Shown: positions 37,821-49,932, counted from the stretch's first letter. The stretch: DNA of 64,000 nucleotides from Octopus vulgaris (GCA_951406725.2 OX597818.1:133300001-133364000), one strand, 5' to 3'. The notes: generated by a model not told the origin, from the letters alone. Numbers and translations are program-made.

Positions 37821-38848
37821 ATGTATGCAATACATATATCTTAACCTCTTTACTGCATGCTTGCAAAACCTGGACTGTGTACTGTAAGCACTTAAAACTT
37901 ATGGAATGTTTTCATCAACAATGTCTCAGAAGGATTTTGAGGATCAGCTGGAAAACGTTTGTGAGTGACGATGAAGTGCTTGAAAGAAGGAAATACTTCA
38001 GTATTGAAGCTTTGCCATTGCAGTACAGATTGAGATGGAGTGGATACTTAGTCAGAATGACAGTCAACAGAATGCCTAAATGACTTTTTACAGAGAATTG
38101 GCAAGAGGTAAGTGTCTGTCACCACATACCAAAGATGAGGTACAAAGATTGTCTGAAGTTGAGATTGAATAAGAAAAAAGTTCCAATTAACAATTGGGAA
38201 GATTTAGCATATTGCCAAGAAAAATGGGAAAAAGTTGTGTATGAAGGCAAAAATGAATTTGAAAGGAAAAGAATGGAGCATGCAAAGATCAAAAGAAAGA
38301 TGAGAAAAAGTGACAGGAATGATGTTCTAACAATCATTAATGAACGTGATGATCTTACATGTGATGAATGGGGAAAGATTTGTCTTAGTGAGGTTGGGCT
38401 AAAGAGCCATATGAAATCACACATTGCACAACCACACACTGATTATAGATGGACTGATGATTTTGAATGCATACTCTGTCATAAAGTATGCAGATCAAAA
38501 AGTGACTTGAAAAAGCATAGTAAAGTTCATGGAGCTGAAAAACTATACAAGCACCAAGTTTTCTTGGACTAATTGTCAAAAAGCATGCAAGTCTTTGGCA
38601 GGCCTCAAAAGCCATATTCGTGCAGCTCATTGATGATATTGAAGGGCTTAAAGAAATTAGGCAATTTCTACACAAAATCGAGTTGGCAACCATCATGTGT
38701 GTATGAATGTATGCATGCATGTCATTATTCAGTTTTATTTCAGAATTTCTTGCCAATGGAGAAAGAGCTGGTTTCAACATCAACAGGATATTTTTCTATG
38801 TACTTATGTATATATATGTAGATTTGTACGTTTTGTATTCTCTTTTTT

Positions 38849-39258
38849 CTCTTTTTTACTCTTTTTACTTGTTTCAGTCAGTTGACTGCGGCCATGCTGG
38901 AGCACCGCCTTTAGTCGAGCAAATCGACCCCAGGACTTATTCTGTGTAAGCCCAGTACTTATTCTATCGGTCTCTTTTGCCGAACCGTTAAGTGACGGGG
39001 ACGAAAACACACCAGCATCGGTTGTCAAGCAATGCTAGGTGGACAAACACAAACACACAAACACACACATACATATACATATATATACATATATACGACA
39101 GGCTTCTTTCAGTTTCCGTCTACCAAATCCACTCACAAGGCATTGGTCGGCCCGGGGCTATAGCAGAAGACACTTGCCCAAGATGCCACGCAGTGGGACT
39201 GAACCCGGAACCATGTGGTTGTTTAGCAAGCTACTTACCACACAGCCACTCCTGCGCC
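38849..39258 (-). mobile_element. SINE family A, full length
   Basis: Near-identical to the other family A copies. Confidence 0.92.
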
Positions 39259-39299
39259 TATTATGTATGATTATCATGCATATACTTGCATGTCTAGAC

Positions 39300-39885
39300 A
39301 TGCTCATATATGCTTAAATGACAAATTTCTGGAAAGTTTTACAGATTTTTACAGTTCCAGTGATGACTTGGACCTGTTGTCTTCAAGTCAACTTCCTTCT
39401 TTTTGATTTTGAGACGCTTAATTTCTCAAGATTGGTATTTAGGCAGCGTGTTGCATATCCCAGGGCCCCAATAATGACAGGTATAAACCTGAACTTGTAA
39501 TTTGGATAGAGTAGCAGTAGATTCCTCAATAGTTCTGTGTAGGTATTTTCTTTTTCACTGATCTTTTATTTTACGTTGACATCCACTGGGCAGCTGATTT
39601 CCACAAATGTACACAGTTTCTCTTTTCTAACACAAATCACTATGTCAGGTCTGTTATTTTTACATTTTATTGGGATTTTCTCTGGGGCGTTCCACCAGTA
39701 GTCCTTTTTATTATCAGTGGCGATGGCTTCCATCATATTGTGGGTTCTTATTTCTTTGGCCTTGGGGTCATCCTTCTGATAGATCTCATTATACAGTGTC
39801 CTAGCTACATCATGTCCCATTCATAGATAATACCATGATGATATTTTCAGACAATTGCTTATGATGTGGTGATATCTTCGGGGGC
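39300..39885 (-). pseudogene. R4-like LINE 3' fragment (restriction-like endonuclease domain)
   Basis: HDVARTLY...NRPDIVI...VEISCP.D.NV...EKENTY..L...FIPVIIGALG, the PD-(D/E)xK-type REL pattern. Confidence 0.82.
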
Positions 39886-39893
39886 TCTGTGTG

Positions 39894-39953
<60 letters not shown>

Positions 39954-39986
39954 CGTGTGTGTGTGTGAGTGTGCGCGCGCGTGTGT

Positions 39987-40030
<44 letters not shown>

Positions 40031-41711
40031 TTATGTATGTATTCATTTATTACAAATGTATAAATCCAACCTGATATATGCTGATAAAAACTGCAATCAT
40101 TAGCATAGCAGTTCTAAAAACTACTATTGGTAATTATTTCTAAGTAAATGATTAAAATAAAAATAAACCTATAAATTGTTATATGTTTTACCTTGTCATC
40201 TAAATTTATACAAATTGTGCTGCAGTATTCCTTGAAATCTAGGCAACTTCCAAAATGGATTTATCATATATATATATAGGATAAATATTAAGATATCAGT
40301 TAATAAATCTATAGATCTTTTTTTTAGCTATCATTCATTGCTTTCCACTCTTCCCATCTTTTTCTTTGTCAAATGTTTATATTAGGATTCTTTCTGAAAA
40401 CCATCTCAGCAGATTGGAAAGAAATGAAATAATTCTACAGATATCTTAATTTCTTAGTTAAAGTGTTTGTTTTGTTTAATGATTTTCTTTTTATCTTTTC
40501 TTTTTGTCTTGTCTTTTACTCTTTGAAATGGTTTCAGTTCCTTTATATTTTTTAGCATTTCATACCAGATTTAAAGCCAGTTTTTTTTTTCTCTATTCTT
40601 AAGAATTTGTAACACTGAATGTTCAATATTCTCTGTTTCCTTACATCAGGTAAATCAGCTGCTTAAGTTTTCAGATATAATGTAAATTGAAGACCTTCAT
40701 TACTCACCAGGAAATTTTCTTTTGAAAGTTTTTAGCACTGTTTATAAATAACAGTAATGACAGAGACAGTAAGAGATGGAGAAAAAGAGTTAGAAAAGCA
40801 TGGGAGGGGTAGGAGAATGAGGGTTACTAGTTTCTTCCTTATCAGTTTAAAATTTGCACTAAGCTTTACATTAAATTAATGGTATGAGGATAAATAAGAA
40901 AAGGTTGTGGAGATAGTGGTTAGTGATGTGAACTATCACAGCATCTTATTCAATGACAACAATAAGTAACTTAATGTTTGGCAAGAGTAAATAACATTCC
41001 CAGAAAACTTATATGAATATCTTGAGATCACATAAGTCTTATGCTTGTGTTCATGCATGTGCACACACACACACACACACATATGCTCCTTTATATGCTT
41101 GTATGTTTGTAAGCAAGAGTAAAGTTGTGAGCAAATCCTTTAATAACATTAGTTTACAATTGTTTCGTCTAAATTCAATCTCATGAATATTGCAATATGA
41201 AGCAATGATATATACAGGATTCATGAAGTGTCATTGTTAAAGCCTGAACTAAATTTGATTCTTCAGAATTTTGGATAAAACGAAGGTCTTTATTTTGCAT
41301 TATATCTGAAAGCTTAAATAGCTGCTTTACCTGATATAAGGAAATAGAGAATATTGAATTTTCAATGTTATAAATTCTTAAAATGACTTTTATGCATAAT
41401 TCTAATGTCAAATTTGGTGCATGTTTTTACAACAACAGCCCATGAATCAATAGCTGCATATATAGTTGCAAAATATAGCAATATTGATGAGATCGAATTC
41501 AAATAAAACAGCTGTAAAATGAAGTAATAAAAGGCTTGCTTATTCCATTTTTCTTGTTAATAATTGTAAAAAAAAAACTGGATGTTTGTTGGTTTTCAAA
41601 CGTGTGTTTGATAAAACAAACAATCTCAGGATTATTGTCTGGTAGCATGTACTCATGAATGAGTATAATAGGGTAAACTCTAGGATTAAAACACAAATGA
41701 AATTGCCATAT

Positions 41712-41908
41712 AATGTACAAAGTTTCTCTTTTCTAACACAAATCACTATGTCGGGTCTGTTATTTTTACATTTTATTGGGATTTTCTCTGGGGCATTCCA
41801 CCAGTAGTCCTTTTTATTATCAGTGGCTATGGCTTCCATCATATTGGGGGTTCTTATTTCTTTGGCCTTGGGGTCATCCTTCTGATAGATCTCATTATAC
41901 AGTGTCCT
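41712..41908 (-). repeat. 197-bp local copy of an internal segment (39606-39802) of the R4-like fragment
   Basis: About 5 mismatches in 197 bp by manual comparison. No LINE termini. Confidence 0.88.
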
Positions 41909-42104
41909 GTATATGTGGGACGAAGTGGTGAGAAAGAATCTACAGACACTGAGACACAGAGAGGGGATGACAGAGAGATTAAGACTCCTGGTAGTCTGCT
42001 GTGCTTGAAAAGACATGTCAAGCGAAGTAAAAGCATGGTTATCCTTGCATACAGGCTATCTCCTGTATCACTCTCCAGCTGAGCATTCCTAATTTGGTGA
42101 GCTC

Positions 42105-42680
42105 ATAAGTGCTGGTGCCACATAAAATGCTCCAATGCCGGTGCTGCATAAGAGCACCCAGTACACTCTGTAATGTGGCTGGTATTAAGGAAGGGCATCC
42201 AGCCATAGAAAGCATGCCAAAACAAATAGGAAGCCTGAACAGTCCTTCATCTGGTCAGCTCCTGTCAAACCAAACAACCCTTGCCAACATGGAAAACAGA
42301 TGTTAAATTCAAGATATATATATATATATAATCATTGTCCCTTTTTTCCATGCTGACATGGGATGGATGGTTCAGTGAGCCAGAGAACTGTAGTGACTTC
42401 CAGGATCTGTTTTTGCATGGTTTCTACAGCTGGATGCTTTTTTTTTAAGCCAACCACTTTACAAAGATTAATGGGTGTTTTTTACATGGCACCAGCACTA
42501 GGGAGGTTGCCAAGTACTCATAAGACAAGACCTCCCTCCTCAACTGAGTGAAATACAGTACTGAACGGATAATAGAGGACCACGAACAGGTGTCTTGCAG
42601 AAGAAGTGATTACAGAACTTCCTCAGTTGAAGAGAGACAGAGAGAGAGATGATCGGGGTGTACCCTCAAGATACAAGGTG
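42105..42680. mobile_element. Two diverged family C repeats, tail to tail (42105-42310 +, 42331-42680 -)
   Basis: GGAAGGGCATCCAGCC and CATGGAAAACAGATG on the plus copy. TTTTCCATGCTGACATGGG..TTCTACAGCTGGATGC on the minus copy. Confidence 0.65.
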
Positions 42681-42720
42681 AATATGGAGAGAAAAAGTAA
42701 GGTAAGTCAGTGCACTACTG

Positions 42721-42906
42721 CAGTGCTCCACAACCAGTATGCTGCAGCACACTAGTGTGCCATGAAACAATGCTAGGTGTGTCACAGTGTAACCTGAATA
42801 TAACTTTTGTCCCTATACTTTTAGTTATATTCTTGGTTCAGGTGTGCAACTGAATTTTGAAAAGGATAGAAGTGTAATGCAAGTGAAAAATGGTTATGGA
42901 GCACTG
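42721..42906. mobile_element. hAT MITE (186 bp)
   Basis: TIR CAGTGCTCCACAACC / GGTTATGGAGCACTG. 8-bp TSD CACTACTG / CACTAATG. Confidence 0.85.
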
Positions 42907-43277
42907 CACTAATGTATGAAGAGTAATTAGAGAAGAGGGTTGAGGTGGATGCAATGAACTTTAGCTAGCTGAAGAAACTTCAAGAGACATGAAATTAATT
43001 GCTTTTAACAATGGAATATAATGTAAATAAATTTACAAATAATAGTGTGTAAATATTGGGTTAAATTTTTTTTTAAATAAACAGCATGCAATTCTTACTG
43101 GTAAGAAAATAACTTCTAAAATCAATAGAGAAATCGAAAGAATTGCTTTGTAGGTTTGAGTCCCACAGGCAACCTTCAAATTATTCTATTCAAAGGGATT
43201 TTAATCCCAATATTGACATTTATAGCTTTACTTCATGTTCAACCATCAGAAATGCTTGTATATATATATATATATGA

Positions 43278-43506
43278 GCAGCGAGCTGGCAGAAACGTTA
43301 GCACGCCGGGCGAAATGCGTGGCCGTTTTTCGTCTGCCGTTACGTTCTGAGTTCAAATTCCGCTGTGGTCGACTTTGCCTTTCATCCTTTCGGGGTCGAT
43401 AAATTAAGTACCAGTTGCACACTGGGATCGATGTAATCGACTTAATCCGTTTGTCTGTCCTTGTTTGTCCTCTCTGTGTTTAGCCCCTTGTGGGTAGTAA
43501 AGAAAT
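43278..43506 (+). mobile_element. SINE family E, near full length
   Basis: GCGAGCTGGCAGAAACGTTAGCACGCCGGGCGAAATG..., flanked by duplicated ATATATATATGAGCA. Confidence 0.9.
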
Positions 43507-43521
43507 ATATATATATATGAG

Positions 43522-44073
43522 CAAAACGCCCCCGCCCACCGTCCAATGGACAGTGCTGAGTTGTCAAACATTTAAACCAAATTTTCTCAAAACAACTTGT
43601 CCGACTGTCTCATAGCTCACTCCTTTGAGAAACACTGATTTAAACTAAATTTGAGACAACAGCAAAAGAAAAAATAAATTTAGACTTTTTTTCAATTCCA
43701 AAGAAAGACGATTTTATTCACACAAATATGCAACCGAAGAGTTTAAAGTACCAGTAATGATAAGGCTGTTGACTGGGAGAACACAAACATGGTTTAAACA
43801 GTATGCTTGTCAGGAAAGAAACGTGCCTTTAAGCAGTAAAAAAACAACAAAAAATGGAAGGTGCAGTTATGTACAGGTTTGACGGAAGAAAAGTAGGACA
43901 AAAACGGTTTTATCGATCGCATTCTCACCTGGAATCGATTGTTGTAATTTTTTCAAGACTTATACCCGCCCCGATATCATCGGTATCTACATATCAAATT
44001 TGAGCGCAATCAGATGGAGGATGCCCAAGATCCGAGGAGACACATACACAGACAGACAGAGCAGATTTTATAT

Positions 44074-44075
<2 letters not shown>
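43522..44075 (-). mobile_element. Possible Helitron/Helentron-type non-autonomous repeat
   Basis: CpG-rich relative to flanks. TATCAAATTTGAGCGCAATC and ACAGACAGACAG..TTTTATAT motifs resemble Helitron-associated repeats. Termini not resolved. Confidence 0.4.
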
Positions 44076-44147
<72 letters not shown>

Positions 44148-44359
44148 TATATATGTACATATATATATGTACATATATATATATATATATATACATACAT
44201 ATACATAGACATATATACATATATATACATACATGTATACATATGTATATATGTAAACTAAACTGCCTACCTAGTTGCTCCATCTCCCATTCAGAGCTGG
44301 CCTTGACAGACATATCCCTGCTATATTCCTGGATAATCTTTTATTTTGTAAAACTACTT

Positions 44360-44441
44360 CTCATCTGATGATTACAGTCTTTTATAATGATGTAATGTTT
44401 TCATTCTTCTATTAAAAGTTGTAAGAAACAGCTGTAATGAG
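44360..44441 (+). ncRNA. Type-I hammerhead ribozyme, canonical core, GUA cleavage site
   Basis: CUCAU-CUGAUGA-[UUACAG.CUUUUA / UAAAAG.UUGUAA]-GAAA-C-AGCU-G-UA/AUGAG. Stem I is 5 bp, stem II about 12 bp, with palindromic loop 3. Confidence 0.75.
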
Positions 44442-44766
44442 CTGAAAATTATCCGTCATATGTTTTTATTCATTTGGCTACAATACACCAAGGGACACCC
44501 TAGAGTATACCAACAACATGCTACTTAAACTTACATGTAATTTGGACCTGCCCCTTAGGCGCTAAATACTTATAGGATTGGTTTTCTCTATGTACACAAA
44601 CATCCTAGCTGATATTTCAACTGTCACCAACCATAGGCCAGGTTCACAAATGTTACCCTATCCTATCTGGTGCATACCTTTCCAGGTACCTGATTCTTCA
44701 TCTTAATATTTATACACTCCACACACACACACATACATGTAAAAAAAGAAATATATTATGATACGT

Positions 44767-45147
44767 GGAAGCACTCCATCGGTTACGACGACGAGGGTTC
44801 CGGTTGATCCGATCAACGGAACAGCCTGCTCGTGAAATTAACGTGTAAGTGGCTGAGCACTCCACAGACACGTGTACCCTTAACGCAGTTCTCGGGGATA
44901 TTCAGCGTGACACAGAGAGTGACAAGGCCGGCTCTTTGAAATACAGGTACAACAGAAACAGGAAGTAAGAGTGAGAGAAAGTTGTGGCGAAAGAGTACAG
45001 CAGGGATCACCACCATCCCCTGCCGGAGCCTCATGGAGCTTTAGGTATTTTCGCTCAATAAACACTCACAACGCCCGGTCTGGGAATCGAAACCGCGATC
45101 CTATGACCGCGAGTCCGCTGCCCTAACCACTGGGCCATTGCGCCTCC
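44767..45147 (-). mobile_element. SINE family B, full length
   Basis: TSD ATTATGATA(C/T)GT. Confidence 0.92.
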
Positions 45148-45640
45148 ATTATGATATGTACATCTACAAACACAACATATGTAAGTATGGGTGTCCTTAG
45201 TTTGTGTTGCAGTATGTGCAGAAATATTTCATTATGTTTACTGTAGTGGGAACTACACAAAGAAACAACAGTCGAAAAGCATTAAAAACTGCGGCACTTT
45301 TCCTATCACAAGTACATTGTCTCCTATCGATTTTTCTTTTCTTTTTTTCAAAATATAACAAGATTCATCAATGTTTCTTTTCTTAATTTGTTTATTTAAA
45401 AAGAAAAGAAATTATTTCTAGTCATCTATTTATGCGCATGCTTCCAGCATAGAATTTATTGGAAATTTTTAGACACTTTTAGACATTTGACCCAGGACAG
45501 AAATTTTGGGAGCTGATATTTTTACTGTTTAGCTGTTCACCTTAATGTTATCAGTTTAACATTCAACTAAGAGTAGCAATTATTTTTATTTTCCCTAAGT
45601 TTACTGAATTTAATTGCTGCTATGTTCTGTGCTTAGATGT

Positions 45641-46023
45641 GGAGGTGCAATGGCCCAGTGGTTAGGGCAGCGGACTCGCAGTCGTAGGATCACGGTTTCG
45701 ATTCCCAGACCGGGCGTTGTGAATGTTTATTGAGCGAAAACACTTAAAAGCTCCACGAGGCTCCAGCAGGGGATGGTGGTGATCCCTGCTGTACTCTTTC
45801 ACCACAACTTTCTCTCACTCTTACTTCCTGTTTCTGTTGTACCTGTATTTCAAGGGGCCGGCCTTGTCACTCTCTGTGTCACGCTGAATATCCCCAAGAA
45901 CTACATTAAGGGTGCACGTGTCTGTGGAGTGCTCAGCCACTTACACGTTAATTTCACGAGCAGGCTGTTCCGTTGATTTGGATCAACTGGAACCCTCGTC
46001 GTCGTAACCAACGGAGTGTTTCC
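45641..46023 (+). mobile_element. SINE family B, full length
   Basis: Family B head and tail. Confidence 0.92.
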
Positions 46024-46914
46024 CATCCAGTTTTGAACTCATGACTATGTATTCATTAGCTTAGTATCTTAAAGTTACAACCAATGTATTTATTAATTAT
46101 AATACTTTTTTTTTAATTAATTATAGCACATTTTTTTCATGTAGCACCAGGCAGTTCACTTACTTTCCTCTTCAGACAAATAAACATTTTTTGTCATTCC
46201 CTCATTTCTTAGAATCGATGTATCACGTAAACTATGAAAGATATTGTTAGTGTAGCCTACTTGTTAGTAATGTAAAATACATCTCAAGCATTTTTGTAGA
46301 AACTTGGAAATATTTGCATTCAAAAACAACACAGTAACACAAACCCTAAGGAATTGATAAAAATCAATTGAAACAAATGTAAAATAAAACATTATTTGAA
46401 ATCTATTTGCATTATTTATTTCCATAGTGTAAATATTTCAAAGTATAATTATCGATTCGTTTATCATTGCTGTATCAAACTAATTCTTTGTGATGGCTTT
46501 ATCTTGGTGACAACCTACATTGTTAGTTGAACATTTAGGTCAGATCTGGAGAATGATTAGGTGGGAAGGACACATACAGGGACTATGGAAATAGCTAACA
46601 AGTAACCAACAGTTTTGCTGTTATAGAACATGGAAAATGGATGCTAAATGACAATGACTAGGAGGAGGAGGGGGAGGGGGGCAAGGATGAAGATCGGTGA
46701 CATGATATGAAACAAGGAAGTTTTTCTGCATTTGCTTGCTAAAAACAACTTCTTTGCTGTGCTACAATAATTTATTCTAATCAAATACTGAATCCGTCCA
46801 GAAGCAAAAGTTTGACTTCCATGTGGTATGTCATAGTTCTCTGAATCAATTTCAGCATATTATTGGTACATACTCTAATCAAATATTGCTTTCATTCAAT
46901 GGTACAAGGCTAGA

Positions 46915-47276
46915 ACTCAACTCCATCGGTCACGAATGGGTGCACCTAAGAGGTTCCCCTCCAGGATATAAGTCTGGGTGGAAAGTTGTCTCAGCGGTGA
47001 ACGCACAACTTAGGGTTGTTTTATGAAAGACCAGCAGTCACCCATGCATACCAGCCTCCCCTCTCCATGCCACTGTTGTTATCCAAGGGAAAGGCAAAGA
47101 TTGATACAGCTTGGCACTAGTGACATCGCAACTCGTTTCTACAGCTGAGTGAACTGGAGCAATGTGAAATAAAGTGTCTTGCACAAGAACACAACACGCA
47201 GCCCAGTTCGGGAATCGAACTCACAATCACACAATCATAAGCTCAATGCTCTAACCAATGAGCTATGCACCTTCAC
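46915..47276 (-). mobile_element. SINE family D
   Basis: Minus-strand head GTGAAGGTGCATAGCTCATTGGTTAGAGC..GAGTTCGATTCCC. Similar to 18715-19043. Confidence 0.8.
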
Positions 47277-47976
47277 ACAGGTGCATGTGCAAGGATACCA
47301 CTATGTAATGTAAAGGTACAAGGCTACCGATATGCAATGTAAAGGTATGTAATCAACTAAAATGACTTGTACATAAAAGTGGTACTTATTTTATTGATCT
47401 CACAAGGGCAAAATGAAAAGTCAAATTCAGTAGGATATTAATTCAGAAATAAAGGGATATAGCTAAATATTGTAAGACATTTATTTTCCGTCTCTTTTTC
47501 TGTGACCTATTTTATCACTTACTCAGAAGAAAATGGAGTAGTCTTGACCCATTCCATGGCATCCACGTCTGTTGAGTGGGCGAGAGGGAGAACGGTATCC
47601 ACAAACTGGAGATGTGGATTAAATGCTTCCGACAGAATCCTCCACAAAATGTACTCAAGAACCAAGTAATTGAGCTAAGCTGAGCAATGGATTAAGTCTA
47701 TCACCCACACACATAAAACTACAGTAAGACCTGAACTCAAGAAGCAAAGAGCTGGAACAAACACCACAAGTCATTCCATTTGATGCTCCAGCAATTCTGC
47801 CCCAGATGTTTTTTCTAACATTCTATCAACTCTATCAGTTCAAATATTAAACATAACTTACCTGATCTTCAAGTGCACCTTTTTCAGGAAGATCTGCAAT
47901 TAGAAACAACTTGTTTTTAAATACCTTTATTATTATTGTTATTGTTATCATCATCATTATCATTATTATTATTATT

Positions 47977-48190
47977 CAGTAGTCTTATTTTTATCACGTT
48001 CTTTCACTGCACTGCTGAGTGCAGCTCTGTGTGCTTTGGGTATGTGCTGTGGTTTATTGTTGTGCTCTTATTTTCACTGTATTGAAAGTGTTTTACATGG
48101 GATGTGTGTAGTGTCTAGTAATGCTATTTTCTGTATGCTGTATATACTTGTAAGTCCTGGAGGTTTTGTTATGTATTTGTCTGAATGTTT
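47977..48190 (-). mobile_element. R4/Dong-clade LINE 3' end embedded in (TTA)n
   Basis: Minus: KHSDKYITKPPGLTSIYSIQKIALLDTTHIPCKTLSIQ* plus UTR. TTA repeats on both sides. Confidence 0.75.
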
Positions 48191-48210
48191 TAATCATTAT
48201 TATTATTATT

Positions 48211-48590
48211 GAGTGAGAGAGCAGTTCATGCCATCAAAGTGACACTGGGGTAAAATATACGAAGCCCAATATACCCATCATGACTACCCGTCTGATAAAG
48301 GTACACCAGGCACATGCATCACAACCATATGTGCGCGACATGGTGATCTCATATCAAGATAAACAGCACATGACCTTGCAGGTGGGGCCCAGTTAGAATT
48401 TTTTTCAGGTTGAGTAGCCCATCATGCTCAAAAGGTCCCTGAATAAGGGTTGCTTTAGGATGTTGAACGAAACACCTATGTTTCCAGAGGTGAATTATTC
48501 AAACCCCAAAGAATCCCTCTCAACACATGGCTATGATGCTCCCCCACTACTTCTGCTCGTGATCAGAGATGCACATATCGTCAGCCACTA
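48211..48590 (-). mobile_element. 5'-truncated copy of the 557-bp (TAA)n-associated element
   Basis: Reverse complement of about 10524-10903. (TTA)n on both flanks. Confidence 0.88.
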
Positions 48591-48616
48591 TTATTATTAT
48601 TATTATTATTATTAAT

Positions 48617-48790
48617 CGTCTGCTGCTGTGTTCTGAGTTCAAATTCCGCCGAGGTCGACTTTGCCTTTCAACCTTTCGGGGGCGATAAATTAAGTATCAG
48701 TTACGCACTGGGGTCGATGTAATCGACTTAATCTGTTTGTCTGTCCTTGTTTGTCCCCTCTATGTTCAGCCCCTTGTGGGCAATAAAAAA
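48617..48790 (+). mobile_element. SINE family E, 5'-truncated
   Basis: GAGTTCAAATTCCGCCGAGGTCGACTTTGCCTTTCA...CCCCTTGTGGGCAATAAA. Confidence 0.85.
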
Positions 48791-49102
48791 ATTTTTTTAA
48801 ATTATTATTATTATCATTTCAAATGCTGCTCAGGTCAATTTTGTCTTTTATCCTCATAGTATCAATAAAATGAAGTGCCAGTCAAATGTGGTGGGAGGGG
48901 TGTTGATGTAATCAACTTGCCCCTCCCACCAAATTACTGGTCTTGTGGCAGTAATTTGATGGGAGGGGTAAGTCGATCACATCAGCATTTAGATGCTTAC
49001 GCACCTAAATGTTTATAGATGTATATATACATATCAATACACATACAGGTAGAAAAAAACAAAGATTTTAGTGAATATTAAATAGAAGGCATGGGTGACT
49101 AT

Positions 49103-49578
49103 GTGCAGGTGGGGCTATGTGGTATGAAGCTTGCTTCCCAACCACATTGTTCCAGGTTCATTCCCACTGCATAGCACCTTGGGCAAGTGTTTGTACTACA
49201 GTCTTGGACCAGCCAAAACCTTGGGAGTGGATTTGGTAGACAGAAACTGAAAGAAGCCCATCATTTATATATATATATGTGTGTGTGTGTATGTATGTAG
49301 GTAGGTATGTAAGTGTGTGTGTATATATATATGTAGGTAGGTATGTAAGTGTGTGTGTGTGTGTGTGTGTGTTTGTCCCCACTCAACACTTGACAAATGC
49401 TGTTGGTTCATTTACAACCCTATAACTTAGCAGTTAGACAAAAAGAGATAATAGAATAAGTACCAGGCTTAAAAGGAAAAGAAAGTACTGGAGTAGATTC
49501 ATTCAACTAAAAGATATCTAAGTTGGTGCTTCAGTGTGGCCGCAGTCTAATGACTGAAACAGATTACAGATAAAAGGT
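49103..49578 (+). mobile_element. Diverged SINE family A
   Basis: CACCTTGGGCAAGTGT..GGATTTGGTAGACAGAAACTGAAAGAAGCC..GCAGTCTAATGACTGAAAC. Confidence 0.8.
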
Positions 49579-49932
49579 AAATACTCAAACAAGTAATTTG
49601 GAATATAGAGACAGTAACCACAACAGCAACAACACTAGCAATTCTTTTACAGTTCTGAACACCGTGGGATGTTCATTTAGCAGTTCTGTGAAGGCAAACC
49701 TTCACTCAGTATGAAATTATCAAACAGAACTTTTGGACCTGTCACAAACAAAATGTTCCTTTGCCCCAGGACAAGAGGAAGAGATAGTTGAAATATCTCT
49801 ATCTCCAGAAAGATAAAAGATAGATGTGGTCCAAATTTCCCCTTATGTCATGTAGTAAATCAAGCCCTCTAAAAGAAATTATTTCAATTGCAAAAGGAAA
49901 GAAAAATAACTACAGCACCATTAGCTGTCTCT

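Larger units (their letters stand above)
36185..38695 (+). pseudogene. RTE/BovB-like LINE, internally deleted, with APE endonuclease, RT remnants and C-terminal C2H2 fingers
   Basis: DIVALSETR, ESGVAFA, IILGDFNARVG, TTWMHPSSK*WHLIDY (APE). LKRWEEHFNELLNRP, DWKDA. LRWSGYLVRM..RMPK, RYKD. C2H2 motifs at 38350-38630. Interrupted by two SINEs. Confidence 0.9.

Noticed and set aside
40190-40235. Possible 39-nt minus-strand exon (EYCSTICINLDDK)
   Set aside because: Poor acceptor and a gtaaaa donor. It cannot be joined in frame with the other candidates.
41480-41525. TTGATGA...AAAACAGCTGTA, and similarly GAAACAGCTGTA on the minus strand at about 25227-25238
   Set aside because: Partial hammerhead words only. 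The core is incomplete and helices I and II are not supported.
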